Shown piece by piece: positions 1-61,627 of a DNA stretch of 64,000 nt. Within the stretch, counting starts at the first letter, position 1. Each line of letters starts with the position of its first letter. Below the pieces are notes generated by a model, which had not been told where the DNA came from, searched no databases, and saw only the letters and a program-made list of their open reading frames with translations. Made by a program: the position numbers and the translations under genes. The stretch covers positions 372,001 through 436,000 of the forward strand of contig JAQGDQ010000084.1 of NCBI GenBank assembly GCA_030141605.1. Direction: 5' to 3'. Origin of the DNA: Tubiluchus corallicola. Taxonomy: Eukaryota; Animalia; Priapulida.

Positions 1-1368
1 TAGTAAAAACAATTACACACTTTATAAAAATATTATCGAGTGACAATTAAAAGCACATTTAAAGTTCCCACGTAAGCATGGCCAATGCAATGACTTAACT
101 ACTTAAAACAAATGACTTAAGTACGCAAAAGTAATTACGTACGGCGACGAACACACAGCCTACTGTGGAGGTAAAAGTGAAATACAGGCCATCAGATCAA
201 AATTATAATATTTGTAATAGAAAATAAATTAAAGTTTCACAACAGATTTAATAAATTGGCATGCCACTCAAGTATTAAATTACTATTTACATTTTCACAC
301 GAATAAAATATTTCTTATTAATAATTATAAAACTAGCTAAGACAAAACAAAAGAAAAACTAATCAACCATCGACCACGAATATCAGATCAGCAAGCATAT
401 CAATGCATGAATAGCTATAGCAAATTACTTGATCTCACGTCACACTATATGAATTGCACAGAATTTGTACCCAAGTAGGAAGTTAATTGCATTCACAGAT
501 GTATCGCATTAATTAAACACTCTACATCATTTACACTTTCAGAAGATGCCTAAAATTATTCAGCTTTACTTTTTCTTATCACTACACGTTGGACGCCCAG
601 AAAATCTGGCAAAGCGAGGCAAAAGATTTCTTGTACTTATTACTGGGTCAGAACAAACAGTGAGAACAGCGGCGGCTCGTGTATAGGCACTGTGGAACTG
701 CAGCACCCCCTATTTTCACTCAATATTATTGATTATATTCAATATAATGAGTTTTTGCTTAATTCTTTCTTTATACTTGTACGGAACCAAAGCATGTGAC
801 GGAACTGTGCGGTTATCAGCTCCATCGACATAGTGTTTGGCTGTTGAGCAAATGCGGCCATGCGCACATGTCTAAGATAAGAAGCTGCAAGCTAGGTAGA
901 GAAAGCACTGTCACTCACATAGTGTCAAACAAGGAGAAAATTATTAATCTTTTTGCACAAAGTCAAACAAGAAGAATGGATTTTGTTTTAAATGAATGGA
1001 CTTAAATTAACTTAATAAATTAATAAAATAGATTAACTTAGCTTGAACTGCAACATTTTAGGCTAGTAGTAAGTAAAAAAATATTTTTTGTTTAAGATTT
1101 TATCAAATTTTCTTTTTATATGTTTATTTTGTTTTACACAATATTAAAACAATGGTAAAAACTTCCGAAGTTGCAGCAGCCGTCACTGAGAAAGGTTCAG
1201 ATTAACATGCAAATATTGCAGTGTAGAAATACCAAGATGTACGCTAGGAAAAGTGGAGTAATGCAAATGTACTATTATTTTTACATTGTTATAACATCAT
1301 AATGCAGAAGTTCGGGTTCATTTTGCACAAGACAATAAGTGCTATTCAAAACGTTCAACAAGGCGATC

Positions 1369-1988
1369 TTAAAACAAAACCGGACCCAACCTTACAGTGA
1401 AGGTCAAAATAATAGACTCTTTATGAAAGAAAACATACTATTTTTTCAAAAATCACTTACATGAAAGAGTTATTATCACACAAACACAATTTCACGTTCG
1501 CGCCACTAATTCTTCGCTGTTACATGCATTTTGCCATTCTCTAGTTAGGCAGGCACTAGGGCTTGCATTTCAGAAACGTTTTGCACAAAAACAGGTGCTA
1601 TACCTTTCAGTTCAGAGATGTTCATTTGTGATGTACTGCACACGCTCAACAGCTCATGTGTGAACACAGCGGTAAATTTGTAATTTGAATTTTTATCTTA
1701 AAACTTGCCGAGTTTTAGTACAACACACGGAATATCTTACAGTAGCAATGCACTTCAATTTTTGCTTTCACAAACACGTGCAACACGTTCGTGGAATATT
1801 TGTGCTTCTGAGAATAATGTTAATTTGTGATGTTATCAATAGTTGAGCTCACCCGCCGTTAATTAAGATTTTAATCTATTATCTAATTATCAAAAACACT
1901 TTTGCAGTATTAATTATGCTAAAATATATACTTTTTATCGGACTTGACAATGGGGTGGTATATGAAAAATCATCCTGTTTTCCTTTAA
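1369..1988. mobile_element. TTAA-flanked MITE family B (Kolobok-like)
   Basis: TTAA at both ends, short imperfect TIRs; homologous copies at 32558-33177, 40116-40740 and 58030-58650. Confidence 0.8.
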
Positions 1989-2249
1989 GAATGTCTTTTA
2001 TAACGTGCAGCATTGCCTCTGTTGATGTCTACAAGTTAACGGCGCACACTCGCAGCAGTTACCATATTACCAATCTCTTACTAAATCACTCTGTACTCAA
2101 CCTCATTTCATTCTGATTTGTATAGCATATTTCTGCATATCACTGTTTCTTCTGGAATATGAACATTTAAAAGAAAATACTGAATACAAAACAAATGGAC
2201 AATAATTTTAGACTTTTTCTGATGATGTATGACATTCACACTTGCTGAC

Positions 2250-2505
2250 ATTACCTGAATCATTACCTGTCATTACCTGAACCTTTACCTGCCATTACCT
2301 GAACCATTACCTGTCATTACCTGAACCTTTACCTGTCATTTCCTGAACTTTTACCTGCTGTTATCTGAACCTTTACCTGTCATTACCTGAACATTTACCT
2401 GCTGTTACCTGAACCTTTACCTGTCATTACCTGAACCTTTATCTGTCTTTGCCCGAACCTTTACCTGTCATTACGTGAACAATTGCCTGTAGTTACCTGA
2501 ACCAT
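2250..2505. repeat. Minisatellite, 22-bp unit (TTACCTGAACCT-TTACCTGTCA), about 11 copies
   Basis: Directly visible tandem array of a TTACCTG core. Confidence 0.92.
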
Positions 2506-2531
2506 TCACTTTCTATTTGATTCATTTGTAA

Positions 2532-3225
2532 AGCCAGCATTTCATGGGGCTCGCGACTTTCACGACTATCCAAAGATTCCTAAGTCCTACGGTCGCTAAA
2601 TAAGCTCCAAAAGTTCTCCAAATAGTCGCAAAACATTTGCCGGTTTTTGCGGCTGTCGCCGAAAGGTCGAAGTTTCATTAAAAAAATTTTGAAACGTTAA
2701 AAGTTTGCCACTGGAGTCGGAAAAGCAACTACCTTGTCAACAGCTACCCAAATTGTCATAAAGTTGTCTGAACATGAACCAAACGTAAGTTGCAATAGTT
2801 ATTCACCAACAATTTCAAAATCTGCAAAAACTTAGAGAACATTCTCAGATACTTTTGATTACGCTGCGACTATTTTTTAATATTTTGGCGATACTTTAAA
2901 GAACCTAGGCTACCCTCGTGAAAATTTAGTAAAATCCTCATGAAACGATTGCAACTTACTCGCACCAATGTCGTACAACATCTGCCTGGTCGCACAAGTC
3001 GCCAAGCATGCACAAACGCGTTCAGAAAATTTCGTGCAACATTCTCACGATTTCTGACAGATAAAAAAATCCAAAATTTGCAAAAAATAGCGATAATCGC
3101 ATGAAATTATTTAGATCTTAACAAGAATGATTCGCGAAACTTGGGCGGGCAAAACACAGTCGCGTGAAGTTTTTAGTGGCTGATGGTCGTCGCACAAAAG
3201 TTGCTGCCCCACGAAACCCCTGGCT
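2532..3225. mobile_element. Harbinger-like MITE
   Basis: AGCCAGCATTTCATGGGGC / GCCCCACGAAACCCCTGGCT imperfect TIRs. Confidence 0.6.
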
Positions 3226-3983
3226 TACACAATATGCTCTCTTGATCTCTACTGTCTTGCAATTCTATCCCACAATACATTATTATTCTGATTGTAATTT
3301 CTCACATGATAATTGGACAAAATTAATTTAACACATCCATTCAGCATCAGGTACACACGAAGTCGTCTAGCTTTAACTTGGCGACTTACAAAATAAAGCG
3401 TTGGGCGTATGCGGTGAACGCATAGAACACTTTAACCATTTCATACTAAAACAGTTTTGGCCATAGGAAAACAAGTCCACAATTCTACTGCATTGATAGA
3501 TACATTGTATAGTTGTTGTCTAGCATAATAATAATCAACACCATTTAATTTTTAAGACATTTGGTTAGAAAATTCAACAATGCTTAGCAATCATTTGGCA
3601 AGCAGAATCAAAATTCATTGGCATTAATTATATGTGTGTACCTAGCAATAAAACGCTTGAAATTCAATTAATTCGGAGCCTATAGTGAGCAGCATTGGAG
3701 ACCTGATTGTGCATCATGATAAGAAAGTGTGAGTGAGAATAAAAAAATCCTAATTAATAACCAAATTAGAGATCAGTGAATTAGCTAAAACCACAGAAAC
3801 TAATGTCAATATTAATTTCACTGCTGCACAGGCATACAAACAGAAGGCTAGCTAAATTAACTTCAACGAATTACGTTGTAACAGTTTGCTGTGGTCACCG
3901 TAAAATAATTTCTTTGCTTTTCTGCAAGCTAGAACCTGATATACATCCTGAAATTGAAGTGACTAGTCCCCGAGCATGTCCCG

Positions 3984-53094
<49,111 letters not shown>

Positions 53095-53384
53095 CTGCAC
53101 AAATCAAACATATTTTACTAAATCAGCATAGTTAAATCAGTTAACAGTTATGCTATATGACAAAGTATTGATTAATTTTAATTTGTAACTTAAAATTATT
53201 TTCACATATTACTGACTAATCCAGCTATGCAAGTATAACATATGCATGCGCTACTAACTAACAACTGCTGCTATACAAGAATAATGCTTTAGATAAGATA
53301 TAATAATTTAATTTACATTTACATTATAGCTTAAATTACATAGCTCACAGTACTAATCTAAGTACAGTTTTGTTATTAAAATTA

Positions 53385-53508
53385 GAAGGGTGGTAGACTC
53401 GATGACCTTTCGGTCTTTTCACCACCCTGTCTCTCTTAGTAGTCACATCATTTGTTAATGCTATGTTGATTATGTTATTGAGGTAAATAAATTATTCTGT
53501 ATTCTGTA
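53385..53508 (+). mobile_element. CR1-like LINE 3' end fragment
   Basis: GGGTGGT..ACCACCC stem enclosing GACTCGATGACCTTTCGGTC, then AATAAA and an (ATTCTGT)2 tail. Confidence 0.6.
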
Positions 53509-53559
53509 CTCATCTTAGATAAAATACTTATGTGCATCTTTTCTAAAAAAATAACTACC

Positions 53560-54300
53560 TGAAGAGAATTTGCAATACATTAATAGATTATCATGTGTAA
53601 CGATATCAATTTTCCATTACAGTATTGTGCAAACATCTGACAATAATTTAGGCTCTTTCTTCCCATTTAAAGACAAAATACCCGCATTCTTACAGTCTGG
53701 TGTTATTTACAGATTTCAGTGCAACAGCTGCGATGCTGCTTACCATGGCAAAACGTTCAGACACTTTAAAGTAAGAATATGTGAACATTTGGGTATTTCA
53801 TCTAGAACTGGGAAAAAATTAAAAAATTCTCCTCAATCCAGCATTAATGGCCTCTGGCCACAAAGCTGATTTCAATAACTTCAGCACTGTGACAAGAACT
53901 ACAAATAACTGGGACTTAATAAAAGAAAGTTCATCTATGTACCCTAATAAGCCTTCTCTTTATGTACAAAGCAGTTCAATTACTTTAACTTTATTTTCAA
54001 ACACTTAGCTATTTGATACTGTATCAATTTCTTTTCTACTGGTCTGCCTAATCATTCATTACCTATCTGGCTCTTGTAGTTAGTGCTTAAGTTACTGTAT
54101 CAATTTCTTTACTGGTCTGCTTATTCATTACCTGTTTGGCTTCTGTTAACTACTTAATTAGTGCATAACAGGCTCTACCTATACAAACTGGTTGTATGTT
54201 TGCAAAATTTACCACTGATGATGACAACAGTAGTCGGTCGAATTGTTTGACATGATTTTTAACAATGTAAATTAAAAGTTTTAATAAAGCTGTTTAACTA
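53560..54300 (+). mobile_element. Penelope-like element 3' relic: GIY-YIG endonuclease fragment plus downstream non-coding end
   Basis: ORF 53570-53869 FKDKIPAFLQSGVIYRFQCNSCDAAYHGKTFRHFKVRICEHLGISSRTGK matches the Penelope-like VIY..CxxC..YxG..R..EH pattern; frameshifted afterwards; hammerhead-like motif downstream. Confidence 0.85.
54205..54260 (+). ncRNA. Degenerate hammerhead ribozyme motif in the Penelope-like element
   Basis: CTGATGA (54215-54221), stem II TGAC..GTCG, then GAAT in place of GAAA; in the position expected for a Penelope-associated hammerhead. Confidence 0.5.
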
Positions 54301-55004
54301 TAAAATTTCATATTTCATAATCATTTATATTTTGGCGATTAATCGCAGATCAATTATTACCAGCTATGACAGTTTATAGAAACATAAAACATAAAGTGTC
54401 GTAAAAATGGGTTAAACCAGAACATGTTAGTAGCAGGCGTGGTGAGTTTTCAAGCACCTTTCTTATTTGCAGTTTAAATAACCTATCCCAGCTGAATAAA
54501 ATTCAACATGATTCAACTAAACAAAACTATATCAGGTGATGCGAAAAAAATGTGCCGAAGTTATGATCACGATGTTTTAAGAATAAAATAATGGAATCAC
54601 TTGAAAATTACTACACTGATGTTAAATATGTTATGTATAAGCATCAAAAATTTTAGATCATTGCTTTAGATATTTACATTCCTGAATTCCAATGTACATT
54701 TATATTCTTCTGCTTATTGGTCGTAATATTTTATAAAGTTTTAGTTGATGAATACTTTTATTGCACTAACACGTGTGGCACCTTAAATTGCTGTCGTAAA
54801 GTTTAATGTAATTGTGATTTTGTGCATCAGATTTTTTGTGCTTTGTTAGCACTGGGTGCTCCAGGACTTTTTGTTACTTATTTGCGCTTTATTACTTTCT
54901 TAAAACTTAAAACTGCAAATAAAATTCAATTCAACTTTCCACGGTACACAAGTTTTAAATCGATAACTCAAAAAAATATATAAATGCCAGAAAAAATTTT
55001 GTGT

Positions 55005-55330
55005 CACAGAGAGAGACAGAAAGAGGGGGGGAGAGAGAGAAAGAGAGGGAGAGGGAGAGAGAGAGGGAGACGGAGAGAGAAAGGGGGAGAGAGAGGGTGG
55101 AGAGGGAAAGGGGGAGGGACAGAGAGATGGAGACGGAGAGAGAAAGGGGGAGAGAGGGGGGAGAGGCAGAGGGAGAGACAGAGAGAGGGAGAGAAAGACA
55201 GAGAGAGAGAGAGCGGGGGAGTGGGAGGGAGGGAGAGACACACAGAGAGAGACTGAGTGAGTGAAAAGAGACAGAGACTGCAGATGAGAGAGTAAGAGAG
55301 AGAGAGAAAGAGATGGAGTGAGAGAGAGAT
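55005..55330. repeat. GA-rich low-complexity purine tract
   Basis: Directly visible. Confidence 0.93.
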
Positions 55331-58029
55331 ACACAAATGTACCGAAAAATTAAGCCAAACAGATATATTGTGTAAAACTGAGCAGAAAGCTTCTGATGAC
55401 AATTTGCAGCCAGTTTGTCCTGTTAGACATGATTAACTCCTTCAGGACCCTAAGTGTTTGCTGCATTTTGCATGGGTTCAAGAAAAATTATTCTCGCTAA
55501 GCAGCGATTACGTTATATTTGATCATTTTTGCAGGTTTCTACTCCTAACACAATGGATTTTCATGCAAAAATATATATGAAATGCATCTGCTTACATTAA
55601 ACAAATTAAAAATCTCCTTTTGACGAAAAAATGGAAAAAAGCTTTCAGTAACTTCAGTGTTTGCACTGTAACAATGTACAGTATCACTTGTGTGAAATCA
55701 GCTAATGCAGAAAATTTCAACTATCTAGACACAACACTCTGATACACTTTGGCCTCACGTCTACTCTATCTTTGAGGAGAAATACTTGACAAATGATGAA
55801 ACGACCTTAATTTGTCCTTGGTTGATCGGTTGGCTTTTCCTGGAACTCTACACAGGAGAAGGTTCTTTGGGCTGTAGCAAGTAGGCGATCAATAAAATAG
55901 TGTGTACGATCATGCAAGTGTACTCCAGACTAAGCTACTCAATAGACTAAGCTGAAGAGGGCATGCTTCCTCACCCTCCCCCGTGTCTCGGATGCAAACA
56001 ATTCATGAAAAAACTTATTATCCAACACCCGGTAATAATTGTAGAGCCAGTCATCAATGATATTGTTTTCAAAACTGTAGCTTTGCTTTTTTCTTGCATA
56101 AATGGCACAACGAGTTAGTCACTAACTAGATCCGTTCTGCTCCAGAGAACGCTCACATTTGATGTGTTGTTTGTCTAGTCCCAAAAAAGAAGTCGAAGTG
56201 AAACTTGCATAGAAGATGAATATGCAGGGATTAATAGGGATTTCTTGCCTGGGTACGATCCAGTTTGGCCAGTGTGTTTGTAATTGTTAAAAAGTGTTCT
56301 ACAAAATCAATTTTTTTAACATTTTATCATGCATATAGTTGTTAAATTTGTGCAGCAAGTCTTCACAACTAAGTCAAATTATTTTTGAATAAATTAATGA
56401 AACGTTACCCACATAACTGTTTATATGGCCGGTGCCACTGAGCAAAATGCTCATTATGACAACGTTCGGGATTTCTGGAACTTGAAACTATTCAAAATTT
56501 TAATTTAGCTTAGTAGTTCAATTATGGTTCCAGAATACTGCAAACAATTTTCACAATAGTATGAATCAGTTGACTTCCCGGCCCATTAAATTCAAAAACG
56601 TGCAAACTAAAAGCACCCCCTACAACACAACAGCTTTGGGCCCCCTAGTAGAGGACATGAAGGATACAGTGGTATGAGGAATACATCAGAAGTCATGGCC
56701 AAGGCAGCAAATGTGACTCTATAATGCTGTTAAGAATATAATCATTGCAGCATTGTAGCTGAGAGAAATGGGCTTCTCTAACAGTTTAATTTAATCTGAT
56801 TCAGCATTAGTGGCTTCTTTGCACTAATACCCACTCGAGCAATTGCCTGTCTATTCACGCGCTTGTCGGCTTGTTGCTAATTGTATTAAATCATTAGGGC
56901 TGAACAACAGTAGCCAGTCCAGAGATGAAATCATAAATGTCTATAAAAGTATTTATAAATATCAGAAGCTGTGTGCTCGCATCCGATGAGACTGTTTTTC
57001 TTCTTCTTTTGAAACATACAATGCATAAAAAGTGACTATAGGTAGGTTTTTGGTCTGAACCTCGTACCTGACAGCAGGCTTTACAATTTGTTTATTTATA
57101 AATGCATCACATAAAAAGAAATTTCACCTCTATTCTGTATATAAAAAATAAACTACTTCTACACTATATATATATAAAGTTTTCATTATATATATATATA
57201 AAACATATATATATATATATATATAAATATTTTACCTTGATACTAAATATACACTATACCTCTACACTAGACCACCCCTCGCCTCTCTACACCATATATA
57301 TATATGTGTGTGTGTGCGTGTGTGTGTGTGTGTATAGCGTTGAAGTAAATTATTTTTGTACGGCTCCCATATATATATATGGATACTCCATATAATGTAT
57401 TATACACACTCTGACACTATATATATATATATATATATATCACCTCTGCACCTATATAAAAGTCGTCAACTATTATAACTAACTGGGCTATTTAAAGTTT
57501 AAAGTACATTGCTAGCTTTGTAATTCACAGTAAATTGTGCTGTGACAGTTAGAAATTACTGCTGTTAAAATGTGAGTAATTCCACGTTAAGTCAACTACT
57601 AGTCTTGCACTAGAAAAGCCTTAGTGATTTTGTAGTTTATTCCGTTCGTACCTTCCGCCACTCCAAGAAGCCTTGTTAGCCAATCAAATGATGCAGTAAC
57701 AGCAAAACTGTGTGCAGCGAGTCGACTTGCAAAGACTTTAATGTAATTTTTCAACGACAAAGATTCTACAAGAATTACAGTTGAAACTTACAAATTAAAC
57801 TGAGTAATTTAATCAATCAAAGCAAATCTCACCCTCACAGCTGTGGACTTTCTTCTATTTCGAAATGGGAAATCATTTTTCAGGGCGATGTCTGATGAAG
57901 ACGCATTAGTTATAAACAAGCTAGTTGCACGATATTGGTTCATAAGTGCCTAGTAATTTACTTTTAAATATGTTTTTTGAAATTCAAACCAGGACATTGC
58001 CTTAAATAATTACAAGGTTTTGTTTAACT

Positions 58030-58650
58030 TTAAAGGAAGACAGGATGATTTTCAATATATTACCCCATTTTCAAATTAGATAAAAAGTATACATTTTAAC
58101 ACAATTAATACTGCAAAAGCATATCTTATAATTAAATACTTGATGAAAAATTTAATTAAGTAGCGGGCAAGCTAAACTATTGATGACATCACAAACGAAC
58201 ATAACTTTCAACAGCAAAAACTATTTCACGAACGTGTTGCACGTGTTTGAGAAAGCAAAAATTGAAATACAGTACTACTGTAAGATATTCAGTGTATTGT
58301 GCTAAAACTAGGCAAATTTTAAGATAAAAATTCAAATTTCAAATTTACCGCTGTGCTCTTGCATGAACTATTGAACGTGCATAGTTTGTCAGAAACTAAC
58401 ACACCTGAAATGAGAGGTACACCACCTGTTTCTTGTGCAATACATTTCCGAAATTCAAGCGCTAGTGCCCGTCTAACTACCAAATGGCGAAATGCATGTA
58501 ACAGCGAAGAACTAGTTGCGAGAACGTGAAATTGTGTTTGTGTGGTAATAATTCTTTCACGTAATTCATTTTCGAAAAAAATAGTACGTTTCCTTTCAAT
58601 ATTTTAAAGAGTAGATTGTTTTGGCCTACAGTTTAAGATTGGGTCCGGCT
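58030..58650. mobile_element. TTAA-flanked MITE family B (inverted)
   Basis: Reverse-complement homolog of 1369-1988. Confidence 0.78.
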
Positions 58651-58848
58651 ATTGATCACGACTTTACAGTTTGTGGCTTTCATATTTTCCAAAAACAAGC
58701 CTATTCACGCAGAAAATAATGAATGCACACTATGTGCAATTTATTCACATTTCGCACAGAAAAGATGTGCCGAAGCTAAGGCTAGAATAATATTTAAAGG
58801 AATGGTTCTGCGAAGTTATCAGAAATTATGCGTCTTTCTTCTAATGAT

Positions 58849-59406
58849 TTAAAGCACAAGAAAACCCTTTATAAACATCAAGCTTAAAAAATTCGTCTTG
58901 AAATTTTATATCACTTACATACTACCTTTTTGTATGCGTAGCTTGCGTCGGCTACAACGCTGTATAAAACATGCAAATTTAAACTCCCGCGATGACCGTT
59001 AGGCGCAGCCATTTTGACGATAAGTCATTTAAAACAAGTTTAGATAACACTGCGTAAAGTTTGAAAAATAATCAGAGCATTCGTATCGCCCATGTCACTA
59101 ACTAAATAAAATTTAAAATTACAGTATCTTGTGAATAAGATTAAAAATACGTTTTTGGTTAGTGAGTGGTGCACCCTGGAGGGCGAGTCTTTTACCAATT
59201 GGTGAAAACAATTTAAATAATTAATAATTTTCTTTTCTAGTTACACAAGTCTTTCAAGCAGGTAAGCGAAAAGCTAAGTAATATAACTTTGTATGGAAAG
59301 CTTTTTGGGACATAATTTAACATTTCCCTTTCTTCCCCTGATTTACGTTGTGAGTAGATGACGTCATGTAATGGCGCAATTGGAACAGTATTTTCTTGTC
59401 CTTTAA
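58849..59406. mobile_element. TTAA-flanked MITE family C (inverted)
   Basis: TTAA|AGCACAAGAAAA ... TTTTCTTGTCCT|TTAA. Confidence 0.8.
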
Positions 59407-59823
59407 GTTATAATTAGTAAATGTAAAACAATTGTATACACGTTGACTTGATTCTTAAACAAATAATTAAGGGTCAGCACAGTAACACGGAATAATGCAC
59501 GACGCAAGCTAAGCATTAAAATTATTGTTACTAAAATTTATATAGAAAAACAAAATTTCCTCTGTTTTCCAAATGATTCTGCAAACAGAACAATGCCACA
59601 CATTAGAAAGCAGACGAAAATCTTGACTAGGTTTTACTAAAAGCAAAACAAACGCAAACATTTCTACAATTTTGTGCTGTAAGTAGTTTAGTAAACAATA
59701 TTCGTATCTAATAGCTACATAATGCAGCATGGAATGCAGTTCTAACAAAAGCAGTACATACTGGCCAAGTATAATGTAGAGAAAAAGACAAAAAGTTGTC
59801 TAATTGGCACAAATTTAAAGTTG

Positions 59824-60346
59824 TTAAAGGAAGACCGGACGATTGTTTAGACTCAATCCCATTTTAATTTATTGTCCAAAATATACATTTTCTTGCCTGC
59901 AATTATTTCTTATATTTGAATAATTAGCTTAGAAAGTTAATTAACGGTAACTGAACACAGCTATTGCTTATGTCAGAAACTAAACACAGTTTGTGCAATG
60001 GCAGGCGTCTTCCTTTGCGCGTCAAGCCTGTTTAATCACGATGTCGCAAAAATGGGCTGTATGTCATATGACGTCAGAAACTAACACTGCAGTTCATGAT
60101 CATGGTTATCATGGCACTGCCTTCTATTTGTCAGCCACGCGAATGTGACAAAAAGGCAACATTACCAATCTTAGTAGATTCGAAGATTTCCGTGCGCAGC
60201 TTTGAAAGTTTAACAAAATTTGAGTATCCGAGGTAATTATTATTTAAGCTAAGCTTTGATTTAAAATAAGCTACTGTAGTTTTCAATATTTTAGAGCATT
60301 CTTTATTCTGAACTCGTGTTTACACAATCATCCGGTTTTCCTTTAA
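59824..60346. mobile_element. TTAA-flanked MITE family A (inverted copy)
   Basis: Same TIRs and internal sequence as 18067-18620, reverse orientation. Confidence 0.88.
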
Positions 60347-61049
60347 AGGAAAGCTTCTTTGCAGAACGAATTTTGGAAAGCAAAAAAATCTAACGATAAC
60401 ATAGTTCAAAAGCTAACTACTTTAGTCACATTAACATTTATAAACTGCCACTATATGATAATGTCCAGAGAAATATTTGCTGTTTCTAAATTATCTTTTT
60501 TTCAGGATTTGCTTTTCTTGCATTCAGCAACAGCAAAAGAAGCTCTCACTAATGCAGTCAGAAAGACAGAAGACTGCCAAACGAGACAACCAAATAAGAT
60601 CTGAAAAGAAATCCCCAAAGACCATGCCGTTAATTAACAACTAAAAATAGCCAGTAGCATCTAATTAGGACTGGTACACACAACTATGCACCATGCAGAA
60701 AAACACAGTAAAAACTGGCAAAAGCACACGATCATTATTGATTCTGATGCAATGCCAGTCTAGCTATTCCTAGCCTGATGTCAAGTATTAATGTCAACTA
60801 GCTGGTTTAATCCCCTTACAAATGTTCTTGTTTAAATCTTGTGGTGAATACTCTGACATCATTACAGAGCATTTTCCCTGCACAGTGGGTTCATATTACC
60901 TAAGCATCTGACAAAAACCGCTGACAGAATAGGAAAAGCAGAATTGGCAATTTAAAGTAAAACTATAAACCCTCACTATAATATAAGCTTTTACAACTTA
61001 AGATCCTAGTCTCATTAGGAATATTCAATTTATTTTAACATAAACTTAC

Positions 61050-61240
61050 TGTAAAACTTTCTTCTAATTATTCATCACTTCATTGTTAGCGGTATTAAAT
61101 TTGAAACTCCGCCATTTTTCCTTGCGCGAGACGAATGACGTAAAGAGTACAATCACGACGTCACCAAAGATCGTTAAACAAACAATGGTAACCAAAGACG
61201 CTTTCTGCACAACGCACATCATTCTCGCTCACTCGCGCTA
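61050..61240 (-). promoter_or_regulatory. Candidate KCC promoter / non-coding first exon
   Basis: Local CpG cluster in AT-rich DNA, YY1-like CCGCCATTTT (about 61109), CRE-like TGACGT and GACGTCA, CTCGCG motifs; GTAAGT donor at 61049 on the minus strand; only very short uORFs. Confidence 0.4.
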
Positions 61241-61282
61241 AAGCCCAAAACATGACAATCTTTATGGCAACGCACACATTCA

Positions 61283-61627
61283 AAAAAGGTACATTATTTA
61301 ATTTATGCGTCTCTTTTGTTTAATAATAATTATGAATTCTTTGTGTAATCATAATAATGCATTAAAAAAAACTTCAGTGTCCCTTGGGGTTATATAGGCC
61401 TTTAAGGATTTGGCATTTTACAGAATCTGGTTTTCTGTGTATGCAATACATACAAGATGCTTAACTGATGAGGTTAACACACGCATTCGAAATTCACTAG
61501 AAAAAGGTACATTATTTAATTTGTAAGTCTCCTTTGTTTAATAATAATTATGAATTCTTTGTGTGGTCATAATAATGTGTTAAAAAAATTCAATGTCTGT
61601 TTGGATTATATAGGCCTTTAAGGATTA
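61283..61627. repeat. Local direct duplication of about 128 bp (61283-61410 and 61501-61627)
   Basis: AAAAAAGGTACATTATTTAA ... TATAGGCCTTTAAGGATT occurs twice. Confidence 0.85.

Noticed and set aside
56660-56730. Third GTATCCTT on the minus strand after a short ATG frame (MTSDVFLIP)
   Set aside because: It ends in phase 2, incompatible with the next exon, and about one chance occurrence of this 8-mer is expected in a window of this size and composition.
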